DNA from: Candidatus Uhrbacteria bacterium RIFOXYB12_FULL_58_10
GTDB taxonomy: Bacteria > Patescibacteriota > Patescibacteriia > UBA9934 > GWF2-40-263
Assembly (NCBI GenBank): GCA_943357025.1
Contig: CALRGA010000003.1
Span: forward strand, 1-38,404
Reading direction: 5' to 3'
DNA length: 38,404 nt
Under the pieces are notes generated by a model, which was not told the DNA's origin, ran no database searches, and saw nothing but the letters and a program-made list of their open reading frames with translations. Shown piece by piece: positions 25,293 to 33,954 of this stretch (the stretch's first letter is position 1; each line of letters opens with the position of its first letter). The position numbers were made by a program, and so were the translations under genes.

Positions 25293-25469
25293 ATGCCAAA
25301 GACACCCGAGGAGATCGCGGAGGAACTCAAGGCAATCATGGACGAGTTCGAGGCGGGCGTGAAGGCGCTCGAGAAGGAGCGCAAAGAGCTGCTCGACTCG
25401 ACCGTGAAGGAAGCCGAGGCCGAGATGATCAAGAAGCTGCGCGCGGATATTGACGCGCGATTCGCATAA
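25293..25469 (+). CDS. small helical protein (58 aa), missing from the ORF track
   Basis: Hand translation MPKTPEEIAEELKAIMDEFEAGVKALEKERKELLDSTVKEAEAEMIKKLRADIDARFA*; aligns with 23070..23261. Confidence 0.78.
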   Translation: MPKTPEEIAEELKAIMDEFEAGVKALEKERKELLDSTVKEAEAEMIKKLRADIDARFA

Positions 25470-25584
25470 AAAAACTGCGCGATTACGAGGCGGGGGGAGA
25501 TGCTGATCTGGGACAGGAGCATGTCGCCCCGAGGTTCATGACGTCGTTCGAAGGAACGCCGGGAGGAACGCCTTCCCGTCGAGC

Positions 25585-25612
25585 AAAAACCGACTCGGGC
25601 GAGTCGGTTTTT
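25585..25612. terminator. bidirectional intrinsic terminator
   Basis: AAAAACCGACTC-GGGC-GAGTCGGTTTTT between convergent units. Confidence 0.85.
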
Positions 25613-25638
25613 GGTATTGAATTGAGGCGATCCGTCAA

Positions 25639-25917
25639 CTAATCCTTCCGGTCGCGCCGCTTGTCGACGGCGAATTCGATCAGCTTCTTCGCCCCCTCGA
25701 ACAGCAGGCTCGCCGGGGCGGTCATGGAGTCGAACCGGCTCCGGATCCCCGTGATCGCGTGCTCGATCCTCTCGATCCGCTCCCGCGCCTCGTCGACGGC
25801 CGAGTTCACGTTGCGCAGGATCTGGGCCGCCTGCCAGATGAACCAGAACAGCGCGGCGGTGAGCCACAGGACGCAGAACGACAGGACAAGATAGAGGATT
25901 TCGCTTGGGGAGAACAT
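25639..25917 (-). CDS. small TM plus coiled-coil protein (DUF948/YoxC-like architecture)
   Basis: N-terminal TM ILYLVLSFCVLWLTAALFWFIW followed by an amphipathic helix. Confidence 0.7.
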   Translation of the reverse strand: MFSPSEILYLVLSFCVLWLTAALFWFIWQAAQILRNVNSAVDEARERIERIEHAITGIRSRFDSMTAPASLLFEGAKKLIEFAVDKRRDRKD

Positions 25918-25933
25918 AGGGGGTTGGTGTTTA

Positions 25934-27682
25934 TTAGTCTCCCGGCGTATTCGGCGGTTCTTCGATAACGGTGGAACTGCCGCTCGTAACGGACCCGCCG
26001 CTCGTCGACGTCGAGGATCCGGAGCACGGGTTCGTCAGGATCGTCTGGGCGGTGGACACGTTATTATTCTCGTTTGTCTCGACGATCTTTCCCAGCGGAT
26101 CGACCGTGGCGACGTCGGAGATCATCTTCGTGGTGTCGCACGCGAGGCCCGTCACGCCGATCGATCCCATGACCGTGATCGTGGCGCTCGACCCGGCGGA
26201 AATGATCCCGTCCTTGCACGTGACCGTCCTCGACGAGAGCGTACAGACGAATCCGTTTGTTCCCGTGGCGGAAATATACGCGAACGGGTCGGTGAACACG
26301 TCGGTAACGACCACGCTTGTGGCGGCAACCGTCCCGATGTTGCTCACCGCGATCACATAGGTCACGACATCGCCCTGCCTGGCCGTTGGCACGAGCGCCG
26401 TTTTCTTGACGGTCAGGTCGATCCCTTCGGTCGCTTTTGACGAGTTCGTCGTCCCGGTCCCGCTGGTCGTTCCCTGGTCGGTCGTACCCGTCGCCAAGAT
26501 CTTCTCCGAGCAGTTGTCCGTTTCGCTGGACTCGGCAATCACTCCGAGCGCGTCCGTACAGATCTTCACGGACGTCGTCGTCGCGAGGTCGACAACCTTC
26601 GGCGAAATAACCCACGATCCTCCGGACTTCATGAAACTGACGTTCGCGAGATTCGCGGTGGAATAGGACATGATCCTCGTTCCGTTGACGTACACGAAGA
26701 CGTAGAAGGGAGCTGTCACGTCCATGGCCCCCGTGTTCTTGAGCGTCGCGCTCACGAGGCCGTTCGCGGCGACGGCGATGTCGGTTGCCGTCAGGTTCGG
26801 AAGCGCCAATACGAGACTCTTCTCCGAGCAGTTGTCCGTTTCGTCCGACTCGGCAATCACTCCGAGCGCGTCCGCACAGATCTTCACGGACGTCGTCGTC
26901 GCGAGGTCGACCATCTTTGTCGAGATCGGGGACGACCCGCCGGACCTCAGAAACGCGACGTCCGCGAGGGTGGTGGTGGAGTATGTCATGCTGCTCGCGC
27001 CGTTGACATGCAGCGAGACGTTTGACGGGATGCTCACGTCCACGTTTCCCGTGTTCTTGAGCGTCGCGCTCACGAGGCCGTTCGCGGCGACGGCGATGTC
27101 GGTCGCCGTCAGGTTCGGAAGCACCACGGCGGGGCATGTCCCCGTGACCGTCATCGACAGCGTCGCGACGTTGTCATTCTCGTCCTTCTCCTCGATCGCA
27201 TTGGCCGGATCGACCGAGAAGATGGACGATGCCGACGCGGTCGTTCCGCACTTGTCGGCGTTCTTCGCGAGCTTCGTAACGATTGTGATGGTCGCCGACG
27301 TTCCCGGGGCAATCGTGCCTCCTGTGCAGGCCACGGAGCTCGACGTCGCGGCGGATGCCGAGCAGGTGATACCGGAGGTAGCCTTGGCGGAAACGAAGGA
27401 GAGCTTGTCGGCGGCAAGGCGCTGCAGGACGGTCACGTTCGTCGCCTTCGACGTTCCGGTGTTCGCGATGGTCATGACGTAGGTGAGAAGATCGCCCTCG
27501 ACCTCGATGGACTGCTTGTCGGCAACGACGGACGACTTCAGGTTCACGTATCCGCCCGTGCTGATCCCCGGAAGAAGACCGGCGGCCATGCCGAGAAGCC
27601 CGAGCCCTGCCACGGCCACGACGGCAGCGGCGACGACGGATGAGGTTGCGACTTTGGTGGCTGTTTGCGGAGGAAAAGACAT
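25934..27682 (-). CDS. surface/secreted Ig-like protein: DUF11-like, two CARDB-like repeats, DUF11-like
   Basis: N-terminal hydrophobic segment; GDLLTYVMTIANTG, DPANAIEEKDENDN, two LPNLTATDI...IAESxETDNC units, GDVVTYVIAVSNIG, VETNENNN; Thr/Ser-rich linkers. Confidence 0.8.
   Translation of the reverse strand: MSFPPQTATKVATSSVVAAAVVAVAGLGLLGMAAGLLPGISTGGYVNLKSSVVADKQSIEVEGDLLTYVMTIANTGTSKATNVTVLQRLAADKLSFVSAKATSGITCSASAATSSSVACTGGTIAPGTSATITIVTKLAKNADKCGTTASASSIFSVDPANAIEEKDENDNVATLSMTVTGTCPAVVLPNLTATDIAVAANGLVSATLKNTGNVDVSIPSNVSLHVNGASSMTYSTTTLADVAFLRSGGSSPISTKMVDLATTTSVKICADALGVIAESDETDNCSEKSLVLALPNLTATDIAVAANGLVSATLKNTGAMDVTAPFYVFVYVNGTRIMSYSTANLANVSFMKSGGSWVISPKVVDLATTTSVKICTDALGVIAESSETDNCSEKILATGTTDQGTTSGTGTTNSSKATEGIDLTVKKTALVPTARQGDVVTYVIAVSNIGTVAATSVVVTDVFTDPFAYISATGTNGFVCTLSSRTVTCKDGIISAGSSATITVMGSIGVTGLACDTTKMISDVATVDPLGKIVETNENNNVSTAQTILTNPCSGSSTSTSGGSVTSGSSTVIEEPPNTPGD
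26500..27122. repeat. 318-nt direct repeat (two CARDB-like units)
   Basis: Units at about 26500-26804 and 26818-27122; ends almost identical, middles divergent. Confidence 0.9.
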
Positions 27683-27713
27683 ATGGACGAATTTGGATTT
27701 AGACGATTGAACA

Positions 27714-28856
27714 TTAGAGGGAACGCTGGCCGCCGGACTTCCATTCTTCCACGACGGCCTCGATTTCCTTCTTGGTCACCTGGGGCGTGCCGTCCCTCAT
27801 GGCAATCCCGCCGCCCTCCATCAGCTCGCGGACGTGGGTCTCCAGCGCCCGCTCGGCCTTCTCGATGCCGATGTCCGACGGGAATTCCTTCTTCAGCGCC
27901 GCGAGATGGGCCAATTCTTCCCGCAGCTTCGCCGCCTCGGATTCCGACCGCCGCCGCGCCGCCTCGTTCAGAACGCCGAGCGCCACCTTGTGGCCGAGCG
28001 CCGCCTCGATGGACACGGTCGCCGCGGCCTCGTCGATGAGGTCGATCGCCTTGTCGGGGAGGAACCGGCCGATGATGTGCTTGATGGAAAGGTCCACGGC
28101 CGCCACGAGCGATGCGTCCGTGATCTGCACCTTGTGATGCTTCTCGTAGACCGGACGGACGGCCCGCAGGATCTCGAGCACCGCCTCGCGCGACGGCTCG
28201 CCGACCACGACCGGCTGGAACCGGCGGTTCAGCGCGTCGTCCGGCTCGATGAGCAGCTTGTACTCGCGGAACGTCGTCGCGCCGATGGCCGCCACCTCGC
28301 CCCGCGACAATGCCGGTTTCAGAATGTCGGAAACGTTCATCGCCCCCTCGGCGCCGCTCGCCTGCTCGAGCATGTGCACCTCGTCGATGAACAGGATCAC
28401 CGTGCGGTTCGCGGCCGCGAGCTCGTCCGTCAGATGCTTCATGCGCTGTTCGAACTCGCCGCGGTACTTCGTGCCGGAGATCATCCCGGGCAGGTCGAGC
28501 GCAAGGAGCCGCTTGTTCTTGAGGACCTCCGGGACGGAACCGTTCGCGATGCGGCGCGCGAGGCCCTCCACGATCGCGGTCTTTCCCACGCCAGGCTCGC
28601 CGAGCAGCAGCGGATTGTTCTTCGACCGTCGAGCCAGGATGTGGATAACTCGCTCAATCTCGTCGTCGCGGCCCACGACCGGATCCACCTTCCCTTCCCT
28701 CGCGCGCTGCGTCAGGTCGCTCGTGTACTTTTGCAGGATGTCGCCCCCGCCGCCCGAGGACGATCCTCCTCCGCGGTGTTTCTGATACAAATACGCGCAA
28801 CCTCCGATGAATATGACGAGCAGGACGACGAACGCGGAGCCATTGGGAATTTCCAT
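27714..28856 (-). CDS. membrane-anchored Clp/Hsp100-family ATPase with NBD1 only (~380 aa)
   Basis: MEIPNG-TM([17 protein letters not shown])-Gly/Ser linker, then [62 protein letters not shown]; stops before NBD2. Confidence 0.88.
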   Translation of the reverse strand: MEIPNGSAFVVLLVIFIGGCAYLYQKHRGGGSSSGGGGDILQKYTSDLTQRAREGKVDPVVGRDDEIERVIHILARRSKNNPLLLGEPGVGKTAIVEGLARRIANGSVPEVLKNKRLLALDLPGMISGTKYRGEFEQRMKHLTDELAAANRTVILFIDEVHMLEQASGAEGAMNVSDILKPALSRGEVAAIGATTFREYKLLIEPDDALNRRFQPVVVGEPSREAVLEILRAVRPVYEKHHKVQITDASLVAAVDLSIKHIIGRFLPDKAIDLIDEAAATVSIEAALGHKVALGVLNEAARRRSESEAAKLREELAHLAALKKEFPSDIGIEKAERALETHVRELMEGGGIAMRDGTPQVTKKEIEAVVEEWKSGGQRSL

Positions 28857-28873
28857 AATGATCGACAAACGAA

Positions 28874-28903
28874 AATGCGGGCGCTTATGCCCGCATTGTA
28901 GCA
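28874..28903 (-). terminator. pheT terminator hairpin overlapped by an extended -10 for the Clp-like gene
   Basis: AATGCGGGC-6nt-GCCCGCATT (28874-28897) followed by a T-tract on the - strand; TGcTACAAT at 28903-28895. Confidence 0.55.
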
Positions 28904-31338
28904 TCGAATCGCGTCGATAGCACGGCGACGATCGCCGCGACCTCGCGCTCGGCCTCTTCCGACGAGAGCGTTCGGTCCGTGGAGGAAAACGAGAGGTGAA
29001 TCGCGACGGATTTTTTTCCGTCCTCGACGCCTTTTCCGCGATAGACGTCGAACAGCTCGACCGAAGCGAGAAGCTTCGACTCGCCGCGCATCGCCGCCTC
29101 GATGTCGGCATACGCGACGCGGTCGGAAACGACGAAGGCGAGGTCGCGGGTCGCGGAGGGAAACTGGGGGACAGGCGCGAAGGCCGCGAGGCGCGCAGGC
29201 CGAAGAGACAGCTCGGAGAGATTAAGCTCGGCGATGGCGACGCGGCGGTCGATGCCGAGCGACTGGGAGGCTTCGGGCAGGGATTCCGCGACGATGCCGA
29301 ACTTCTTGCCGTTGACCAGGATGTCCGCGGATCGTCCCGGGTGCATCCAGGATCCCGGGTTCGTGATCGGGCCGAACGAAACATCGAGACCGGCCGAGGA
29401 CAGCAGGACGCGGACGTTCTCGCGGACGGTCGCGAACGGCTTTTCGTCGCCCGCGGCCGAATGCGCCACGGCAAGATGATACGGCTGCTGGTCAAATTGT
29501 CCCGACCCTTCGAATGCCTCAGGGTCTGCGGCTGATGCCTTGAGAAACACGCGGTCGATCTCGAAAATGGAGACGGTCGCGGCGGCGCGGTGGTTGTCCG
29601 CGACGGTCTCGAGAAGATTCGGGAGAAGGGACTGCGCGAGATACGGCCGATCAGCAGCCAGCGGGTTGGCGAGCTTCACGTGGTCGTTTGCGACGAGTCC
29701 AAGCTTGGCCAGCGTCTCCGGGCTGACGTAGGCGTAGCGGTAAACCTCGGTCGCGCCGAGTCCGACGGACAGGGCCTTTCGCATCGCGCGGGCGAAGAGC
29801 CGAACCGGGTCCTGCGGCGGAGGGACGATCGAGAACGTCGGGAGCGTCGACGGGATGCGGTCGTAGCCGTAGATGCGCGCGACCTCCTCGATGATATCCT
29901 CCTTGATGGAAACGTCCTTCGTGGCGCGCCAGGATGGGACGGTGATCGAGAGCGGCGCATTGGGGTCAGGTCTTGAATATTGAATTTTGAAGCCGAGGCG
30001 GCCGAGGATATCGACGATATCGTCCGACGAGATCTCGACGCCGAGAAGAGCGCTGACCTGGGCTGGGGATAACTCGACGACGACGGGCTTCGGGGGGGTT
30101 GGGTACTCGTCGACGACGTTCGAGGCGACGCGGGCGGTCGGGCAGAGCTCGACGAGGAGCGCGACGGCGCGGTCGAGCGCGGCGGCGCACTGGGCCGGGT
30201 CGAGGGATTTTTCAAAGCGGGCGGAAGATTCCGAGCGCAAGGCGAGCTTCGTAGACGTCTTCCGGACGGACACGGGCGAGAAGTTCGCGGACTCGAAGAC
30301 GACGCGCGTCGTCGCGTTCGTCACCGCGCTCTCCTTCCCTCCCATCACGCCGGCGATGGCAATCGGGTTCTTGCCGTCGGTAATCAGCAGCGCGCCCTCG
30401 TCGACCGCGTACGTCTGGTCGTCGAGGCACGAGACCTTCTCGCCGGCCGTCGCCGAGCGGACGACGATCTTAATCGCGTCTCCGTGGGAAATCCTGTCCG
30501 CGTCGAACGCGTGCATCGGCTGGCCGAGCTCGAGCATCACGAAGTTGGTGACGTCGACCACGTTGTTGATCGACCGCACGCCGCACGACGACAGCCTGGC
30601 GCGAAGCCAGGCGGGAGACGGCGCGACGACGATTCCGTCGACGGCGACGGCGCGGTAGCGCGGGCAAAGGGTCGGGTCGGAGATCGAGACGTTCAACGCG
30701 ATCGTCGATCCGGCCTCCGTCGACGCGGGTTCCTTTTTGTCGAGCGCGACGCGGTACAGCGCCGCAATCTCCCGCGCCATGCCGTAGTGTCCCATCAGGT
30801 CGGGGCGGTTCGTCAGCGACTTGTGCTCGATCTCGAACGTCACGTCGTCGCGGCCGAGCGTCTTGGCAAGCGGAGTTCCCGGCGGGAAATCGCAGGACGA
30901 GAGATCCATGATCTCGTGCTCCCCCTCGCCGCTCTTCTCGATCCCGATTTCGCTTCCCGCGCAGATCATCCCCTCGCTCTTCTCGCCGCGAATCTTCGTG
31001 TTCGAAAGCTCGACGAGGTCGCCCTCGCCGTGCCACTTTACCTTCGATCCCGCAAGCGCCACGGCAACCTTCATCCCCTGCGCCACGTTCGTCCCGCCGC
31101 ACACGATCTGAACCATCCGGTCGCCCACGTCGACGGAACAGATCTTCAAACGGTCCGCGTTCGGATGCACGGAGCATGCGACAACGAGTCCGACGACCAT
31201 CTTGTCCATGGCCGCGGCCTGGTCCGTCACCTTTTCAACCTCGACGGTCGAAAGCGTCAGCTTGGCGGCAAGGTCAAGATCGGAAACGCCGCTCGGCAGC
31301 TTCACGAATTCCGACAACCATTTTTTTGAGATCAACAT
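28885..31338 (-). CDS. pheT: phenylalanine--tRNA ligase beta subunit
   Basis: [67 protein letters not shown]. Confidence 0.97.
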   Translation of the reverse strand: MLISKKWLSEFVKLPSGVSDLDLAAKLTLSTVEVEKVTDQAAAMDKMVVGLVVACSVHPNADRLKICSVDVGDRMVQIVCGGTNVAQGMKVAVALAGSKVKWHGEGDLVELSNTKIRGEKSEGMICAGSEIGIEKSGEGEHEIMDLSSCDFPPGTPLAKTLGRDDVTFEIEHKSLTNRPDLMGHYGMAREIAALYRVALDKKEPASTEAGSTIALNVSISDPTLCPRYRAVAVDGIVVAPSPAWLRARLSSCGVRSINNVVDVTNFVMLELGQPMHAFDADRISHGDAIKIVVRSATAGEKVSCLDDQTYAVDEGALLITDGKNPIAIAGVMGGKESAVTNATTRVVFESANFSPVSVRKTSTKLALRSESSARFEKSLDPAQCAAALDRAVALLVELCPTARVASNVVDEYPTPPKPVVVELSPAQVSALLGVEISSDDIVDILGRLGFKIQYSRPDPNAPLSITVPSWRATKDVSIKEDIIEEVARIYGYDRIPSTLPTFSIVPPPQDPVRLFARAMRKALSVGLGATEVYRYAYVSPETLAKLGLVANDHVKLANPLAADRPYLAQSLLPNLLETVADNHRAAATVSIFEIDRVFLKASAADPEAFEGSGQFDQQPYHLAVAHSAAGDEKPFATVRENVRVLLSSAGLDVSFGPITNPGSWMHPGRSADILVNGKKFGIVAESLPEASQSLGIDRRVAIAELNLSELSLRPARLAAFAPVPQFPSATRDLAFVVSDRVAYADIEAAMRGESKLLASVELFDVYRGKGVEDGKKSVAIHLSFSSTDRTLSSEEAEREVAAIVAVLSTRFDATMRA

Positions 31339-31339
31339 A

Positions 31340-32371
31340 CTAGAACTGTTTCAAGAACCTCAGGTCGCCGCCTTCCAGATGCCGGATATCGTCGATCCCG
31401 TATTTCAGCATCACGAGCCGCGTCAATCCGAATCCAAACGCAAAGCCGGAATAGACGTCCGGGTCGACGCCGCCCTCGCGCAGCACGTTCGGGTGGATCA
31501 TCCCCGCGCCGAACACTTCGAGCCAGCCGGATTTCTTGCACAGGCGGCAGCCGGCCCCCTTGCACAGGAAGCAGGTGACCTCGCCGTTCACGCCGGGCTC
31601 CACGAACGGGTAGAACTTCGGGCGGAGGCGGATCTGCGTTTCCGAGCCGTAAAGATGCTTCGCGACGGTCTCGAGCACGCCTTTCATGTGGCCGAGCGTG
31701 ATCCCCTTGTCGATGACGACTCCCTCGAGCTGATGGAACGTGTGCTCGTGGCGGACGTCGGTGGCCTCGTTGCGGAAGCAGCGGCCCGGGACGATCGCGC
31801 GCAGCGGGACGCCGTACTTCTGCATCGACCGGATCTGCACCGGCGACGTGTGGGTGCGCATCACCATGTCGGGATGGCCCTCGATATAAAACGTGTCCTG
31901 CATGTCGCGTGCCGGATGCGTCGCCGGAATATTCAGCGCGGTAAAGTTGTAATACTCGCTCTCGAGCTCCGGGCCGTCCGCGACGATGAATCCCATCGAC
32001 GAAAAAAGATCCTCGAGGTCCTCGCGAACCTGCGTGACCGGATGCAAATTCCCCATTCCGGACCTGACCCCGATCGTTGGCTCCGTGACGTCGATCCATT
32101 CGCGGCCCAGCCTCTCGGACCTCGCGGCGCTCTCGACCCGTCCGGCCACCGTCGCGAAAGCTCCCTCGATCGCCGCCTTGATCTCGTTCGCCGCCGCGCC
32201 GGCCGCCTTGCGATCCTCGTCGCCAAGCGTGGCCATTGCCTTCATCAGCTCCGCCATCTTCCCTTTGCGCCCAAGAATCTCGACGCGCAAGCGTTCGAGG
32301 GAATCGTTGTCCGTAACGCCTTGGAGAGACTCCAGGGCGAATTGCTTAAGTTGATCAAGCTGTTCTTTCAT
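31340..32371 (-). CDS. pheS: phenylalanine--tRNA ligase alpha subunit
   Basis: HPARDMQDTFY, RTHTSPVQ, FHQLEG, YPFVEPG, CxxC...CxxC insert, GFAFGFGLTR. Confidence 0.98.
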   Translation of the reverse strand: MKEQLDQLKQFALESLQGVTDNDSLERLRVEILGRKGKMAELMKAMATLGDEDRKAAGAAANEIKAAIEGAFATVAGRVESAARSERLGREWIDVTEPTIGVRSGMGNLHPVTQVREDLEDLFSSMGFIVADGPELESEYYNFTALNIPATHPARDMQDTFYIEGHPDMVMRTHTSPVQIRSMQKYGVPLRAIVPGRCFRNEATDVRHEHTFHQLEGVVIDKGITLGHMKGVLETVAKHLYGSETQIRLRPKFYPFVEPGVNGEVTCFLCKGAGCRLCKKSGWLEVFGAGMIHPNVLREGGVDPDVYSGFAFGFGLTRLVMLKYGIDDIRHLEGGDLRFLKQF

Positions 32372-32374
32372 AAT

Positions 32375-32410
32375 CCTTAAGCCTTACGCCTTTCAGCCTT
32401 AAGCCCCTAC
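32375..32410. repeat. 7-nt tandem repeat filling the rseP-pheS junction
   Basis: CCTTAAG CCTTACG CCTTTCAG CCTTAAG CCCCTAC; includes the rseP stop. Confidence 0.65.
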
Positions 32411-33517
32411 GAGCGACTTAACCGCGCCCCACATCTGGCCGCCGAACTTTACGAAGTCGCGGTACGTCACCAGAATCACGAGAACCATGAGAAGCGCGAA
32501 TCCGGTGTTGTGCACGACCGCCTCGACGCGGTGGTTCACCGCCTTTCGGCGGATGACCTCGATGAACAGGAACAGGATGCGGCCGCCGTCGAGCGCCGGG
32601 AACGGGAGGACGTTGACCACGGCGAGGTTCACGGAAAGGAGCGCCGCGAACTGGAGAACGTACACGGCGCCCATGTCCGCCACCTGGCCGGTCATCACCG
32701 CGATGCCCACCGGGCCCGAGAGGTCGACGCTCACGGACTGGCTGACGACGAGATTTTTGATCAGGTCGACGAACGAGCGCGCGACCTCGGCGGTGTACGA
32801 CCAGGCCGACGCGACGCCGTGCACGGCCGCGAGGTGGACGGGAAACGACACGAGACCCGTGTTCACGAGGCCCACGCCGAACCCGTGCACGCCGACGCTC
32901 TCGATGTCGGCCGAAGCAATGCGCGAGCTTACGAATTCACCGTCTTCCTTTTTGATAACGACGTCGATTCCCGCGTCGCCGTTCGTCGCGATATAGTCTC
33001 GCGCGTCCTTCGCCGATTCGAACGTCCTCGCGTCGAGCGACACGATCTCGTCGCCCGCGACGATCTTCGCCGCCGATGCCGGCGAGTCGCTCGCGACGGT
33101 CATCGCCAGCATCCTTTGGTCGGACACCACCGCGCCGTTCGGAAGGTCCTCGTCGAGCGCCGTCGGAAGGCCGACCACGAACCCGGCCGTCAGAAGGACG
33201 GCGGCAAGGACGAAGTTCATCGTCACGCCCGCGATCAGGACGAGAAACCGCTTCCACGCCGGCTTCGACGCGAAACTGTCCGTCTCGTGCCGCGAATCGC
33301 CCGATTCCCCCTTGATCCTCACGAACCCGCCGAGAGGAATCCAGTTGATCGAATACTCGGTTCCACCTCGCCGGATCGAAAACGCCCGGGGCGGAAACCC
33401 GAACCCGAACTCCTCCACCTTCATCCCCGACTTCTTCGCGACGATAAAGTGCCCGAATTCATGGACGAAGACGAGAACGGACAGGATGACGACAAACAGA
33501 ATGATGGATGTGAACAT
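32399..33517 (-). CDS. rseP: RIP/site-2 metalloprotease RseP (M50B, PDZ)
   Basis: HEFGH, GFGFPP, IPLGGFV, AGVTMN, GPVGI, NVLPFPALDGGR. Confidence 0.95.
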   Translation of the reverse strand: MFTSIILFVVILSVLVFVHEFGHFIVAKKSGMKVEEFGFGFPPRAFSIRRGGTEYSINWIPLGGFVRIKGESGDSRHETDSFASKPAWKRFLVLIAGVTMNFVLAAVLLTAGFVVGLPTALDEDLPNGAVVSDQRMLAMTVASDSPASAAKIVAGDEIVSLDARTFESAKDARDYIATNGDAGIDVVIKKEDGEFVSSRIASADIESVGVHGFGVGLVNTGLVSFPVHLAAVHGVASAWSYTAEVARSFVDLIKNLVVSQSVSVDLSGPVGIAVMTGQVADMGAVYVLQFAALLSVNLAVVNVLPFPALDGGRILFLFIEVIRRKAVNHRVEAVVHNTGFALLMVLVILVTYRDFVKFGGQMWGAVKSLVGA

Positions 33518-33525
33518 GTGGCCAC

Positions 33526-33554
33526 ATGATAGCGGGTTCGGTGGGTTGGGGCAA
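33526..33554 (-). promoter_or_regulatory. sigma70 promoter for rseP-pheS-pheT
   Basis: TTGCCC(33554-33549)-17-TATCAT(33531-33526), 8 nt from the ATG. Confidence 0.5.
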
Positions 33555-33566
33555 GAAAAAAGATCC

Positions 33567-33953
33567 TCACGCGAGGATCCTCTCCGCCACCGCCTTCAGC
33601 TTCTCATGGTCCACCTCCTTTGCCGCGCCGCGCGGGTCGAGCTGGCCGACGCCGTCGATCGGGACGAGATGGACGTGGACGTGGTCGACGGAGAACCCCT
33701 CGACCCCGACGCCGACGCGCGGAACGCACATCGCCGCCTTCAGCGCGGTCGCGACCGTCTTTGCCGCGCGCATCAGGTCTCCGTATGCCGCGTCGTCGAG
33801 ATCGAATAGGTACGGGGCGTGCTTTTTTGGAATGACGAGAACGTGTCCCTCGCGGATCGGATGGACGTCGAGAAACGCAAGGTGGCTCTCGTCCTCCCAA
33901 ACCTCGTGGCACGGAATCTCGCCGGCGATGATCTTGCAGAAGAGGCAGTCCAT
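33567..33953 (-). CDS. HIT-family nucleotide hydrolase
   Basis: DCLFCKII, AFLDVHPIREGHVLVIPKKH, HVHVHLVP. Confidence 0.93.
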   Translation of the reverse strand: MDCLFCKIIAGEIPCHEVWEDESHLAFLDVHPIREGHVLVIPKKHAPYLFDLDDAAYGDLMRAAKTVATALKAAMCVPRVGVGVEGFSVDHVHVHLVPIDGVGQLDPRGAAKEVDHEKLKAVAERILA

Positions 33954-33954
33954 A

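Noticed and set aside
25500-25541. 13-codon ORF MLIWDRSMSPRGS after a G-rich stretch
   Set aside because: Too short, lies within a hairpin, and has no other support
26500-27122. Diversity-generating retroelement TR/VR pair
   Set aside because: Mismatches are not adenine-specific, both copies are in one reading frame, and no reverse transcriptase is in the window
28857-29495. Long N-terminal extension of the Clp-like ORF (593 aa), or a pheT-clp frameshift fusion
   Set aside because: An out-of-frame overlap with intact pheT giving Arg/Ser/Pro-rich nonsense; pheT has its own stop and hairpin
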